Notes: generated by a model not told the origin, from the letters alone. A stretch of DNA of 64,000 bases from Bugula neritina (GCA_964035545.1 OZ037767.1:29528628-29592627); one strand, 5' to 3'; counted from the first letter of the stretch, positions 27,201 through 41,445 are shown. Program-made: numbers and translations.

Positions 27201-30200
27201 AATGGAGACGCTGTGTTGTTAGGAAACTCATTGGTGATTGGCTTAATGACATCCTTGGGGTAAGTTGGCAAGTTGCTAGACAGGTATGTGACACCTGTAT
27301 ATGTATACAGTGTACATGTACAGTATACATAATATATTATACATATACATATTTGAAAGTAATATTTAGGGTAAGGAATTCTACAAGTATAGAATAGCAA
27401 ATCTGACAACTAAATATTATGGTAAAGTTTTATAGATACTAACTACGTTCAAAATAATTACCATTGAATTAACCATTATAAGTGAAATTCTAAAGCAATT
27501 TACTGGCATCAAAACAGACTAAGTGGAATACACACCGCTGTCTGTGCCGGCATCCCATGGGAAAAGCTCCAAATCTAGTGAATCCAGCCACGTACAGTTC
27601 TCCAAGCACATGTTGACGCTGTCAATACCTGCCAGCAAACAATACACATTCTAGCTAACCATTCATACATGTCAGATGCTTTAGTGAAGAGTTGTAATCT
27701 TTATTTGGAGTTATTTTCTCAACATGTGAAGGGCACACAACTCTAAGATATTCAACGTATTCACTCTGCAGTGAAGGAAAGTAAAAATACATTGGGTGCG
27801 TTCGAACCCCTGTAAAGGCCATAGGTGATGTTAGGAAGAGCATATTTTCATAGACAGTGCCACACATGAACAAGTCCTTAGCCAGATTTAACAAAGCCTT
27901 TTCCATCAGGGGTTCACACAGAGATAGTGACTATAAACTTGTGTGAGTAAATGAGAGAGAAGCAGCACTAGGCTGACTCACCGACACACCAGTCAGGACT
28001 TGGACCAATCATAGTGAGCAGAGAGACTAGAGGTCGGCTGTTGTCTGTACTGAACCTAGCAGACTTCTTAGTAGTGTAGATATTGGGATACCCCCATACA
28101 CCACTCGTCTTTATCACTGTACGCACATTACGACTCTACAAACATATCATAGTGAGATAATTTGCAGCTCCTGCATTTTGAAAAATACTGAAACAATATC
28201 CTGCAAGTTGAATTGAACCAACAGAGTCACATGGAAACTTGCTTTTACCTGTAGAGAACAGGTAAAGCAAGGCTAGGTAAACTTTTGCACTACTTTAGCA
28301 ACAATTACAAATGAGATAACACCATTGCTTAGAAAGGCGTTACAAGTTTAGATTACATTTGCAAGTATTACCCATTGAATTCATTAGCAAATACTTTTCA
28401 TGCAATCAAATTATTCCATTAGCAAATATTAATAATGGTAATTCATTAGAATATAAAAGGAACTGAATTTGTAATAGTATTTACTAGTTGGTGTTAATAC
28501 TATAGCAGTCTGAAGCTACATTCATCTATTTAATTCGTCTGTTAGCTAGTTCACTAAGCTCTATTGAATAAAAAATTGATCGATTGTTTTTAACTAAAAG
28601 GTTATCACACCTTGAGCTAGCAAATTATTTCAATTGCACCTCAAAGCTGATAAAAACTGGGTCGACAAACGAGGTTGAACTGGCTTTGTTATTTGTTTTT
28701 GAAAAGATCGATAATTTGAATAATTTATGTAGAAATTAAAATCAATGATGACAAAAAGATAATTAATGCTCTTTTAATATAACATAATTATTATATTTTA
28801 TGGACACAATGCCTGCTGGAGTATATGCATGCGGAAAACATTCATAAGAATGGAGTAATGATTCACATATTTGGAATATTTTGTGAACAGATAGTTATAT
28901 TTGTTTAAAATGTGATATCTAGCTGTAAATATTTTTATAATTAAGTTTAACAAAATATTTCCAGACTGTCAACTGCAATAAGAGAGATGATGCCTGTCTT
29001 TCTGTATCACAATAGCTACGGGCGGGTGGGGGGCGTGCCCATACAAGAACTTAGACCTGTTTCTATAGATCTGATGAAAAGAAACCCAGCCTAAACAGAG
29101 ACCTGCAATGTTCCCTGCTAAAATACCAAGACTGATGACGAAGACAGCAGGCAAAAAACCTGCTAATGCTGCAGTATCAAAATACATGCACCTCCAGGAA
29201 AGCAGCAGCCATGACGAAATCTAAACAAAGTCTGAAGTGAATGAGGTTAGAGACAGGATGGCTGGTGTTTGCTTAAGGCCAATTCAACAAACTGAATATA
29301 AAGTGTATCATTGTGATTTCAAAGCTAAGGAAGTGAAATGTACTGTTAGTAAACCTAGGGATATTATCTTAAGCAATAATCTAAGATTCTAAGTTGTTAC
29401 AGGCACAGAAACACACTATAATATTTACATTACTTGTTAATTAAAACTCATATGAAATAAGCAATTGGCACGTGAATATCTTTCCCAAAGAGGCATTTCG
29501 TATTACAGATACAACTAAAAAGGCACAACACATCACGACCCTTGCAAGGGAACACAACACTGTCTTTCTGCTTACTCTAACATTTACCTGGAGTTAAGCT
29601 CATTACAAATTCACTTCCAATGACAATCATTTTACGGTGAAACACGTGCCAGTAATTTGAAATACAACAAATGTAGGACATGTTCATAAACAAGGCACAC
29701 TGCTTAGCATGTTTAGCCCCAGAAACAAAAACCTGCAAGAAAAGAAAGCATGGGCCACCCCTCCCCTCCCCCAACTGACAGAAGATGAGTATATACTGGC
29801 CTACAGTAATAAATGCGTCCCCTCTGACTTTATATAACATAATCTCACTTGTCACCAGCACTGAACGCTGCACATAGTAGTTTGTAAACAAAGAGAAACA
29901 AGGGCCACAACTCCCTGGGGATGTGGGTATAAAACAGCAACTGGCAAAATAAGATGAAAGGAAGTTTACTGTATTATCAAATAGACTAGGTGTTTCCCAT
30001 TTAGTTAGAGGCAATAAAAGATACAAACATAATCTTTCATATTTTAATAGCAATATAAAGGCTGAGTTCTTGTTACTAACTTTATTGGCTAGGTCTGGCA
30101 GAACAGAAGCTACTGGCTGTTTATACAGACTCACAGCAGGGTAATAAAACACATGTTAAGGTGTTCCTGTTTTACCTGTACACCTTGGAGATAGTAAACT

Positions 30201-33200
30201 AGTGGGGTATACTAATTACATTTGATGTTAATGATGCCATAAAATTGTTAGAGTGCAGGTTACCATGGAGACAGATAGTGGTGATAGATAGTGGTAATAG
30301 ATAGTGGTAATAGGTAACTAGATGGTAATATGTAAGGTGCCTTTACTTTATTAATCACGAGTTAATTAATTTCTCTTTATAAAATGTTAATGGCAAAATG
30401 TAAGAGCAAAAGTTATTTCTTATAGAAAGAGAAGCCTGTGTACCTGCTGTTTTATTTCCCCTTCCAGTGTCCTGGGCCACCCGTACTCACAAACCTCCTT
30501 GACACCTGTGGTAGCTATGCTACCATAGCTCCACACCGAGTAGCTGGGACTGTGAGAGGCGCCGATGATGTCAGACCAGTGCAGAAGGCTTTCTGTAACA
30601 AAGATGGCTGCTTACAACAAATAGCAACTCTGGTCTAGGCTAAACTGGGTATTATTCCAAGTATTCCAAGACAAATGTTGACACAACTCCTTTGACAACA
30701 AGTATGCCACCATAAAAAGTACAACATATGTTATTTCAGAAACCATATAAAATGTATACAGACAAAAAATTGCTGTTAAAACTTGTATTTTAATTACTTA
30801 TATTTCCACTCTAAGCATGTCCTATATTAGCATAAGGATGCTTTGACAACATCTTACATTATAATCAAAATAAACTGACTCTGGTGATATAGTATAATAA
30901 TAAAATGAAGAGTAGAGAGCAATGTCTACTACGTACATTGAACATGGTTATATATAAAATGATAATACAATATCATAAAAGTGCTCTAAAGGTCAGTGAG
31001 CTCAGGATAAAATAGATAAAATTTACTAGAGATAAAATGAAAACATACACTATAATATTACATCACTGTTTATTAGACAAAACCCACTTCGCAAGTATAA
31101 GTAGAGTGTATTACATGAAGCTAAAATTTAAATCTTTAACCAAACCGATGTTCCACATAGACTCTCAATACCTCATTGACAAACTAGTCAAGGGGGAGAA
31201 TTGACAAACTAGTCAAGGGGAGTGAAGCTATCATGTTTTGAGTCAACATAAGAAAGGCAACTCCTTCTACTGGGTAGAAATAGTGAGCTGGTAGGATATA
31301 ATAATCAGTGTGTATGTGCTGGGGGGGGGGGGAAGAAACTGTGCTGTGACAACATTTAGCTCTCAGTGATAGTAGCAGCTTTAAACTAACACTCATGTTA
31401 ATTTTCAGTCCCATCTGGTTACAATCAGTACTTGATGACCCATTCAGTTATAATAGATATGCTCAGTGATTCCATAGTGTCTCAGTGTGACTAACCAACT
31501 GCAGTTTTTACAATACTACAGTGAGATGTGCTGCAGTAACACCAGTCTTACATACACCTTACCGTAGTGAGTGAGATGTGCTGCAGTAACACCAGTCTTA
31601 CCGTACTGAGTGGAAGGGAAATCCTTGGGGTGAGTTTCCCTCGACCAATTGCCGACAAACGTGAGCTCATATTTCGCGACGTCACAGGCACAGCATTGAG
31701 ATGATTGTCTCTTCTTATGGTTGGCAGACTCTTGGGTGTTGGAGGTAGGTTGTCCGGCAGCACTGACCTCTTCAATCTCTACAAAACACAACAACACTGT
31801 CCTTCATACTCAGCTGCTGCACATCTCAGCGGTGTAAACAACTACTTTATTACAATCTTAGTCTGAAAACCACATCAGTGGTACACTGGCAGGTAGAAAT
31901 AGAATATCACAGGTGAAAACACAGCAATAAATTCTGTGTAACAATTAGCATAGCAGGTAATGGAAATCATTCTAAGCATTAATTACAGAGTTACATGAGA
32001 CAAGGTGTTAAAAACCAAGATGGCTGCAATACCTACGATAACTGACAGTTGTTATGTAATAGCGGAAGGAGTGATTATTATGCAACAATGTGCCACAAGT
32101 TGGTGTCACTCACAATCTCCTACACAAATGGCAACTTTACCAAAACACAGCTAATCCTGTTTGCTCACAAATTAATGATTATGAGAAAGCATGGGTAAAC
32201 AATTCAACCCTAACAGTAAAGCCAACCACATCAACAGTTGAAAGTTATAGACTTAAAAGCAAAACATGAATAATTTAAAGTTGACCCAATTAGAAAGTTG
32301 ACCTAATTAGAATACATACTTGCAGGTTCTTCACAAAACATCTTGGTAAGTCCACCATCATCACTGAACCATATATCCGGGTGTTCGAGCACCGTTGCCC
32401 TAGAGAATGAGAATAAACACAGAACATCAGAGCAATCTAAATGCTACTCACTGCTAGAGTATTACTACCTGCACACTCTACCTGGGCTATATATTCAGTA
32501 CTAGAGTATTACTACCTGCACATTCTACCTGGGCTATATATTCACTACTAGAGTATTACTACCTGCACACTCTACCTGGGCTATATACGCACTACTAGAG
32601 TATTACTACCTGCACACTCTACCTGGGCTATATACGCAGTACTAGAGTATTACTACCTGCACATTCTACCTGGGCTATATACGCACTACTAGGGTATTAC
32701 TACCTGCACACTCTACCTGGGCTATATACGCACTACTAGGGTATTACTACCTGCACATTCTACCTGGGCTATATACGCAGTACTAGAGTATTACTACCTG
32801 CACATTCTACCTGGGCTATATACGCACTACTAGGGTATTACTACCTGCACACTCTACCTGGGCTATATACACACTACTAGAGTATTACTACCTGCACACT
32901 CTACCTGGGCTATCAATCATACTCAAAGCCTTTCAAGATTTATTGTAAAACAAAATTACAATTAATAAAGTTACTTCAGAAGCAACACATGAAAAATTAG
33001 TATTTCAAGAGTATGAGTTGCCTGTAGTTGAATATAACTAATATTAGAATACACATATACACTGTACATACACTTACACACTGTACATACACTTACACAC
33101 TGTACATACACTTACACACTGTACGTACACTTACACACTGCACGTACACTTACACACTGTACATACACTTACACACTGCACATACACTTACACACTGCAC

Positions 33201-36200
33201 ATACACTTACACACTGCACATACACTTACACACTGTACGTACACTTACACACTGTACGTACACTTACACACTGCACATAACAACACATACTTACACTTAT
33301 AGCACATACTTACTTGAATAGGACACACCCTGAGCCTGCAGGTGGAGCTGTCCAGGTGAAAGAGGCAGTTGATTTCTTATAGGAGGGGTGAAAGGTGACG
33401 CTGGTCATGATGTGACTGCAGTATGGGTCCTCTTTGGTCATGTGATTGAACGTATGCTGAAACAGGATTGTGGGAAACATGGGAGACAATATGATTGGTA
33501 GAAACTCTAGCCTGGCAAAGGTTGTAACGAATTGGGACTTCGACTTTCAAAAATGAGACTATATCTAAAGATGTGCAAACATAATACTGTGAGACTTAAG
33601 TTAGGAGGACTTGAACAATACTTGTGTGTTAAAGACTTTCCAGGTAGGCCTGCTAGAGTATGTGCTATACACATAATATATGAAATCAAGGAATAGAATA
33701 ACCCCAGTATGGTATAACATCTAGATTATATACTAGTATTTATTAGGAAGCTGAAAGCTTGGAGACATGATTTCCAGACTGAGTAGGAGTGGAAAGTCAT
33801 GCTAACCCAATGTATCAAGTGCAATTATTGTAAGGAATATAAAAATAACAGAGTAATTCAATTACCAGATCTAATTACTATTGACCAATTGGCCAAAGGA
33901 CAGAAGCCGGCATACAAATAGTAAACTATAGAATAGGATAGACCGAGTTACAACTAAGTCACCAGAAATAAGCATACAGTTGGTTTGGACCTCAGAATAA
34001 TATTCATTCTAGAAGTTGGTTTGCATTTAGCTGGAAATATTAAGTTCAGGTATACATAGTAATTAGTACTATGATAACACATTGGCAATAAAAATATCAA
34101 GTTTCAAACACAATTCCATTATTTTGATTCACAGGGCATTTAAGAAGTCATCTTACCACAAAACTACCAGCTGACTGTCTTTCACTGCTGCTGCTCTTTA
34201 AAACTGCCACCAACATGAAGTCCAGGAACTGCTGGTTGGCGTAGGACCCGTTCAGCAGAACTAAAATAACATACAAGGATTAGCTCAAACAGATTAGAGG
34301 ATTATTAGATGCATTAATAATTAGCCAGTATTCTCTCAACATATCTCTCCATGTTTAGGAGGATCTGTGCACATGCCCGTAACATCTTAGACTGGGGTTC
34401 TATTCTTAGTGGAGGCCCACAGTCTATATCTAGTTTACTAGAGATATATTGGGATTAAAGTAGGGTCAGGCTAGTTGATTCCCATAAAATTCCTTACAAA
34501 GAACAATTGAATCTTTCGCCAACCAGTGAAGGTACTTTTAGCTATGACCACCTTTATCCTAAATGGAGTTGAGATCAGTCCATGAGCAGCCAGTTTTTAC
34601 CACTGAAAAACTGGTGCTGGATAACAGAAACACCTCAATCTTAACCTGTGCCCAGCTGCCAGGCTATTGACTAGTAAATTAAATCACTGAAACCACTAAC
34701 CGCAGCCACCAAAAGATTGTGGATTAAATTAGTGTTCTTAGTCTTATCTAAATGAACTAAGCAATGCAACTTCAAGCTATTATTCATGGTATTTGAAACG
34801 CTTCAGGAAAACATAAAGCCTTTTTATCTTCCCCCTGAATGGCATAATAAAGAACATTTGAAGTGGTTAACAATAAACACTGCTGGTGCATAAAGAATAA
34901 AAATTAGAATTCATCAAAACAGAGCAAATGACATTTGGGGTTCTGTTGGTAGCTCATTCCTTAATCAACTTCATGATTCCTTCATCACCAGTCACAGTAT
35001 TGGTATGTATGCAATTGCAGTTAAATTCAAGAAACCCTTCAATTCTGACATCAAAATGGTGGCCTGTAAAATGTTAGTAAAAAAACAGAACCCCTGTCAA
35101 AGATTCCCACTACAAAAAGATAGGTTCTTTTTAAATTCCCAGGCTTTTTGCATAAACAATGGCTTTACTTTCCCAAAAGTCAGCTGTTGAAATCGTATAT
35201 TATACACAGCACTTGCTAGCAAGGTATTTATAGTCCTAATTCAGAGTTACTGAATAAAGAATAGTGGCTCTACCTCATTCGGTATCACACCAATGTTAGC
35301 TGATATCACACTGGATACAATTTATAAAAAATATTGTGAAGAGTGCAAAGTGACACTGTCTCAGATTTTGGGATTAATTAGGCAGTTCAAAGAACTAAGC
35401 TAATACAAAGAGGGGAGATCAAAAGGGGCACAGTGCAGATAGAAGTAATACGAGTGGTTGTTAAGTATCCTCTCTTTGTAGTAAGCATATTTATACCAGC
35501 ATTGTCACGTGCACTCAACAGGTATACTAAGCAACTTGTATGGTAGCCCAAAGCTTCAAACTTTGGGAGAAAAACTTCAACGTAGTTTAAACTTAATTTT
35601 AGAAGCCAACTAATGCAGCAAAGAAAAAGTTGAAATTAGTGTATACTTGGGCTAAGGTAGCAGTTCAAACTAATGCTTTACAAAACAGAATCATGAAGAA
35701 AATATCGATAAATCTGGATTCAAAGTCTGAACTTGGTGCCTCTATACTTCAATTTGCAGTCAATTGAAAAACTACCAAGTCTAATGTAGTTATATACTAA
35801 TTCAACTATAATATGTGCTTTATTTAAATATATTTACTGTGGAAAATGTAAATATATATCGTATAGGCTTATTGTACTTGGATTGACCGAACCACAGGCC
35901 ACTAGCCAACATGGTATAATTAACATAATATCAGTCTTTGACAACTGATCAATTCTATTTATCACTCTATAGAGAAGTCCAACACCTAACTAAATCATTA
36001 ATCTTACTAAAAAAAGTAATTAATGTACACAAGGTCCAATTCAATCAAAATTTTGACAGTGTGTTAATCACAATTCCAAAAACAGGCTTTGATTTAGAAA
36101 AAATGTGGATTTTAAATTAACCACCAGAAAAAAGTTGGTAAATGGAAGTAGAAAGACAATTGACAGATCAGTGCAAGTCATTTGATTGGATCCGCAAACT

Positions 36201-37702
36201 TCAAGACTCTTATTCATAACTTTTAACTGAACTGCAACAGTTGCTAACCATAAAAATTAAATATTCATTTTACATAGAATATCGATATAATTTGCATATA
36301 TTTTATTTCCACTTGTGTATTCGCATTGAGACAGAGCTACTAATTGTGTTTCCATGTTATCCTTTTGAGTGATTGCTTATTTTATTATTAATTTTAATAC
36401 GCAAGGCGCTTAGAAATGGAGGTTGATGAAGACCTAATCTCTATAGTTATTGCTGAGTGGGAAGTTGTCCTAACAACAAAAAACTGATTCTTTTAAAAAA
36501 GATGCATCTGATTTTCTAAACAACATAAACACTAGTTTAAAATCACACAGCAAACTTTTCATCACAGCTACTTCAACGATCATAGGGCAACATGTGGCAG
36601 AAAATAAGTAAAATAAAATATGAAATCTGCAAAACCATAAACAGAATAAATGCTAACTGCCATTGTTCAATTTACTATTATTCCGGATTTCAAATTTTTG
36701 GTCAATATTACTATTTAAATAGGAGGGTCCGATTTAGTTTTTTATGGCTGGCAACGTGAATTACTTGTGCAACACGGTCAGAAGACCCATCACTAACTAA
36801 CAACTATCACATGACTATTTTTAGTGATTAAAGTCTAGCACTACATATAGCATAGTGACTAGTTGTTTAGTAATATTAATGGCCGCACTGTTAAATTTTA
36901 GAATGCACGATTACATCAATTTAAAATAAAATTCTAATAAAACAGTAAACAGCAAGAATACCAGCGTATTCACTAATATGTAAATATGAAGATATTTATT
37001 TCTGAACCTTTTGAAAATGCACAATTATTGTTTGTGTAATTGAAGGTATTTAAACTCAGAATTCATAATTAAACGCAAAACATAAAAAATTTAAATTTAA
37101 TGAAAAAACTATTTTTTGGAATTTGAAAAGCATCAAAATTTTAATTTAGAGTTGAGTTTTAAGATGATTAATAAAATTAAAACTATATATGAATATCAGA
37201 ATCATAACATATCATCCTTGTGCTTCAAGTTCTACTTCTCATCTACCACTACCAGTTATCCATCTAGCTCATCGAGTAAAGTAATTATTTATACACTTAA
37301 TTCACTGTTGGGGTGAAAAAAATTAACAATAATTTCTTTATGAATCACAGTTATTGACATTATAATGGTTTCAAATTAAGGTTTTTTCATTTATACCTAG
37401 TGCATTGCAAGGACTAGCCCAAATATCAAAGAGAGGTCAGATCAAGCAACCAAAACATGAACATCAAATTTAATAAAACAAAATAACAAAAGAAATTCAA
37501 AATGCATACCTTGGTAGTTATGGCCTGGTTTATAGAACGTTACAGGAGGTGATCCTAAAATCTTTATGGAGAATCCGTTGTCACCAGGAGTTTTTAAAGC
37601 ACTAGTGTGCGTTGGCTTTCTTTCACAGCTAATTCTGTCAATCCTTTGACTAGTAACATTCTTAATTTGGCACAAGAGTAATAAAAGTAGAATTTTGCCC
37701 AT
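21267..37702 (-). CDS. SPON1: F-spondin / spondin-1: signal peptide, reeler, spondin_N, 2x TSP1, Kunitz, 5x TSP1, basic tail (19 exons)
   Basis: ATG 37702 MGKILLLLLLCQ...KTPGDNGFSIKI; reeler WTAPPAGSGCVLFK; CCACDVAKYELTFVGNWSRETHPKDFP; HWSDIIGASH; MIGPSPDWCV; WDAGTD; repeated WSxWSxCSxTCG...RxR; Kunitz CREPLALGSC...FEYTGCRGNANNF (25477-25650); last exon 21267-21295 encodes RRRQRRKRA*. Confidence 0.95.
21922..21956. repeat. Short dispersed repeat, copy 1 (35 bp), inside a 15-bp direct repeat
   Basis: atcagggattctcacagggatagtgactataaact matches 27905-27939 at 32/35; flanked by atttactgaagacaa at 21899-21913 and 21965-21979. Confidence 0.6.
23120..23290. repeat. 13-bp minisatellite (gatatacctgtat), spondin intron
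   Basis: Minus-strand unit ATACAGGTATATC; starts ~40 nt after the TACAG|GTAAC donor near 23330. Confidence 0.9.
23690..23850. repeat. GA-rich degenerate tandem repeat (ggtggatgagaggg), spondin intron
   Basis: Repeated gtggatgagaggg/gtgaaaggag units directly after the donor near 23851. Confidence 0.75.
24919..25113. repeat. 28-30-bp minisatellite (gcagcatacagtacacatctgacacacg, ~7 copies) abutting a spondin acceptor
   Basis: Direct reading; explains the spurious Cys-rich ORFs in three frames. Confidence 0.93.
27905..27939. repeat. Short dispersed repeat, copy 2 (35 bp)
   Basis: atcaggggttcacacagagatagtgactataaact, 32/35 identical to 21922-21956. Confidence 0.6.
30259..30272. promoter_or_regulatory. 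Intronic RFX X-box-like site GTTACCATGGAGAC
   Basis: Fits GTYNCC-AT-GGNRAC; followed by a short gatagtggtaata tandem repeat. Confidence 0.4.
32454..32912. repeat. 47-bp minisatellite, ~10 copies, spondin intron 3
   Basis: Unit ctagagtattactacctgcacactctacctgggctatatacgcacta. Confidence 0.95.
33057..33313. repeat. 19-bp minisatellite (cacttacacactgtacata, ~12 copies) starting at a spondin donor
   Basis: Minus-strand unit contains GTAAGT; the true donor GTAAGT is at 33313-33308. Confidence 0.93.
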
Positions 37703-39172
37703 CACTGTTTGAAAGTCAACTCTGTTTTTGGTTAAATTGAAGTTGAGGCTGAGTGTCAGTGTGCGCCACGGCCAACGACAATCCATGCTTTCAGTTTAAG
37801 AGTAACAGTAAGTGTAACACTAAGGCTGACACAGTAACTGTAAGTTTAAATCTAACACCAAGTGTAAAAGTAAGAGTAACTGTAAAACTAAGACTCTTGG
37901 TAAGACTAAAACCGATACTCAAACTGTAACTACAAGACTAAGAGTTAGAGTAGGAGCTGGAGTAAGTGCAACTGCAAGTCAATTTCAATTTGAATTTCGT
38001 CTTTCAAATTAACTATTTTCAGCTAGTCGAAAAAAATTGTGTTGCACAACTGCTGTCACCTTAACAGCATTGTGACACTGACTAGAATTTGTCGGAAGAC
38101 AAACATCAAGCTATCAAAATTATTAGATAAGGCTTACATCGCCACCTGCTTTGCTGTTACTAACGCCATTGGTACCATAATAATACATTATTATTATTAT
38201 TGTACACCTGTGTTCAGTTGGTGATAGCGAATCCGTTCAGCTCATCAGTGAAAATAGCCTGAGCGTCTGAACTAATTCGTATTTAAAATCTATAAACTAT
38301 ACTCTACACATTTGAAAATTTTCTTCGTAGGACTTTACTAGTCGCTAAGGTTATCCTTTAATCCTAACGCAGTCAATTTAACTTCGGAGTTATTTGTTCT
38401 CGTGTTTTTAAATGCACGAGTAAACAACTCCCATTTACTCAGACCAACATACGAGATTCATAAGTGACTCATCTTAATATTGCAATGAAATTACACATAA
38501 TATTATTAAGCAAATAAAGCTACTATTTCATATATTATAGTCACAAAACTACAAATCAAATATATTTCTCAGTTGACCTTAAAATATCTGCCTTAATCAT
38601 ATATACATGCATTACTTTAGCTACCAGCTGAGAAAAATGTTCATCATCGAACTCTTTTCCTAGCAGTATACAGCTCTTTATAACTCGAGGAAAATGGTGT
38701 TTTATGAAAATATTTTGTATACGCGACCTAACATGAAGCAAAGTAACACATCACATTAACCAGTTGCAGGTATTTTTGTAGTTTGTATTTTGAGGGGAAA
38801 CTAAAATGATGAATATAAAACGATAGCATATAGTATAAAACATAAAAAGCTTCATCCAATTTTGACAAATAAATATTAATTTTGGAAAGTCAAAATGTAA
38901 AAACTTGATTATAAATTAATAAGATGTGTTCACTTATATAAAACTTTTGACTAGAATATTCCATAGTCTAGATATCCATAACTTCCTTATAATAATATCA
39001 TGAATGCAATTGGATGGCCCTTCAAAGTTCTTCATTGTCATGTATATAGAACTATCAAAATTATAAATCATCGTCGAAGTAGGAATTTGTAAGAAGTTGT
39101 AACTCTGCAGTATCATATCTTGAAGCAGTCTGACTACTAAACACAGCACAGTGAGAGTTAAAAGATCTTGTT

Positions 39173-41353
39173 TCATTCGATGTCAGCATTGAGCTCTTTA
39201 TAAAATTCTTTCACCTTTGGATGAGCTTTAACACAATCCGGATAGAAATCCAGCACCCGTAGTCCTTGCAGAGATCGAGCTCTAGAGAGGGCTACATACG
39301 CCTGCCCGTACTCAAACACATTGGACAGTGAGATCTCCACTAAGTCAAGAGTCATACCCTACAAGAGTGAAGACAACTTCTTAGTATTGTTAAACAATAG
39401 AAGAACTGCGCAGGAAACGCGACACTGCATAGAACCAGGTGACCACAACTTCCGTGTACTCACGGACTGAGTATAAACAACATCAGAAGAATTAGTGAGC
39501 ACATACCTGGCTCTTGTGTATAGAGACGGCCCAGGCCAGTTTCAGAGGAAGTTGACGTCTGCACAGAGTGATTCCTCCGCTCCATTTAAACGAGAAGTTG
39601 TGAGGCTGAATTGTGATTTCTTTACCTTCTAGAGTTCTAATTATAGGGAAGCCTACAACATGCCTTCTATCTTTGACAACAATACGAGTTACATCTGAAC
39701 ACGATATCTGACTCTCACGTAACTGCTACTAAAACTGTTTAGATTTAGCAGAACAAATGTTTTCTAAGACTTTCACTAGTACAAGGATGATCAGAATGCA
39801 TGTTTACCTGAACTGGTGTTTTCAAATCCAACAACCACTCCTCTAGTGCCGTTGACTAGCCCCTCCTTCAAGTTAATGTTTTTACACAACATGACCTGTA
39901 ATACAGACCCGGTATAAACCACAACGAATAGGAATCACAAAACCAGCAGATAACCGTTCTCCAGTAGGAAACAGCCACTATACAGGTGAGTAATACGGTC
40001 ACTATACAGGTAAATAATGCAGTCACTATACAGGTAAATAATACAGTCACTATACAGGTGAGTTGTAGTAATACAGTAACTATACAGATATGTTGTAGTA
40101 ATACAATTACTGTACAGGCGAGTTGTAGTAATAACGATTACGAACACAAGATTACCTGAGCCCCTTTCTTAAGCTGAATCTCTTTGGCAGCTGGACACAA
40201 CTCATTCAGTTTCTTAATCATTGTTGAGTCATTGTCAGTCGCAGTGAATGTGCGAACGTCTCCTGTATAAACAAGGGGAGACAATTCTAGTATAGAAACA
40301 ATATAATAATGGGTGTGTCAGAGTGAATAAAAGTATCTCTCGCTACACGGTAAGCTTTTTGCTGAAATATTCAACTCTTGCCATCAGATCCCAAAAAAAT
40401 TCATGAAATTCAAAAGAATACATAGAAATATAGACCTGACATATGCACACTGTGGCGCAGACAAAGCAATCTGAATATTTTCGTTAAGTTTCATAGTAAA
40501 GAGTAAAACTAAACATCATTTCAACTTAACAATTATCAAGTTAGACAAACCCTGTAAACTTTGCAGACTGTTGAGATTTATCTCCTCTACATCGACATTG
40601 CGTGAACTGAGTTTTGTAGCCTGTAGTCCATTAACGCTCAGGCAGTGCTTTGCTGTAGATGTAAGAATCTTGGTTATCATTGGCGGGCAGTTTCCACTTC
40701 TTATTTGCTGTTAGAAACAAAACTACAGAGACTATTTGTGTTGTAATGAGTAAAATGTAGCGCTATGTCACAAACTGGGTGAAATTGGCAACTTCACAAA
40801 ACATGTCTGATTATTCAACCACTTGGCATGGGCCGCTAATGTTTCTAACCAACACTTATATTCACAAAATAAACCCTAGGGCTTGAGATAAAAATAGAAT
40901 AACCACATATATTATAATCTTGTTGTTTACATTTCCAAGTGACTTCACCCTCATGCTATTGATTATATGTTTTGCTCCACTAATTCATCCTGTTAGAACT
41001 AAGATTGTGCCAAAATATCTACAGCTGATTGCATAATGAGACAGTTGATCTGGTTAGAGCCAAATTCTTGGAAAAAAGTTATTTTTCAAAAGTGCAAGTT
41101 CATACATAATCAGATGGCAGGTGATTGAGCTGCCACTTGCCACCACCTGTTGAAGTTGTCATAATTACCTGAAGGATGTCAATAAAGCTCCCATCCGTCT
41201 GTCTTTTTACTTCATTCAACTGAATTGTTGTGTGAATACATCTGCTCCATGCCCTGGTCTAAGAGAGGAAGTCTATATGTGTCAGCAGATGTGTCAGTAT
41301 ATGTATCAGCATGTGTGTCAGTATATGTATCAGTATATATGTCAGTAAATGTG

Positions 41354-41445
<92 letters not shown>

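Noticed and set aside
29577-30152. 191-aa minus-strand ORF in a spondin intron
   Set aside because: Composition typical of random intronic ORFs (F/L/C-rich), non-ATG start, no motif
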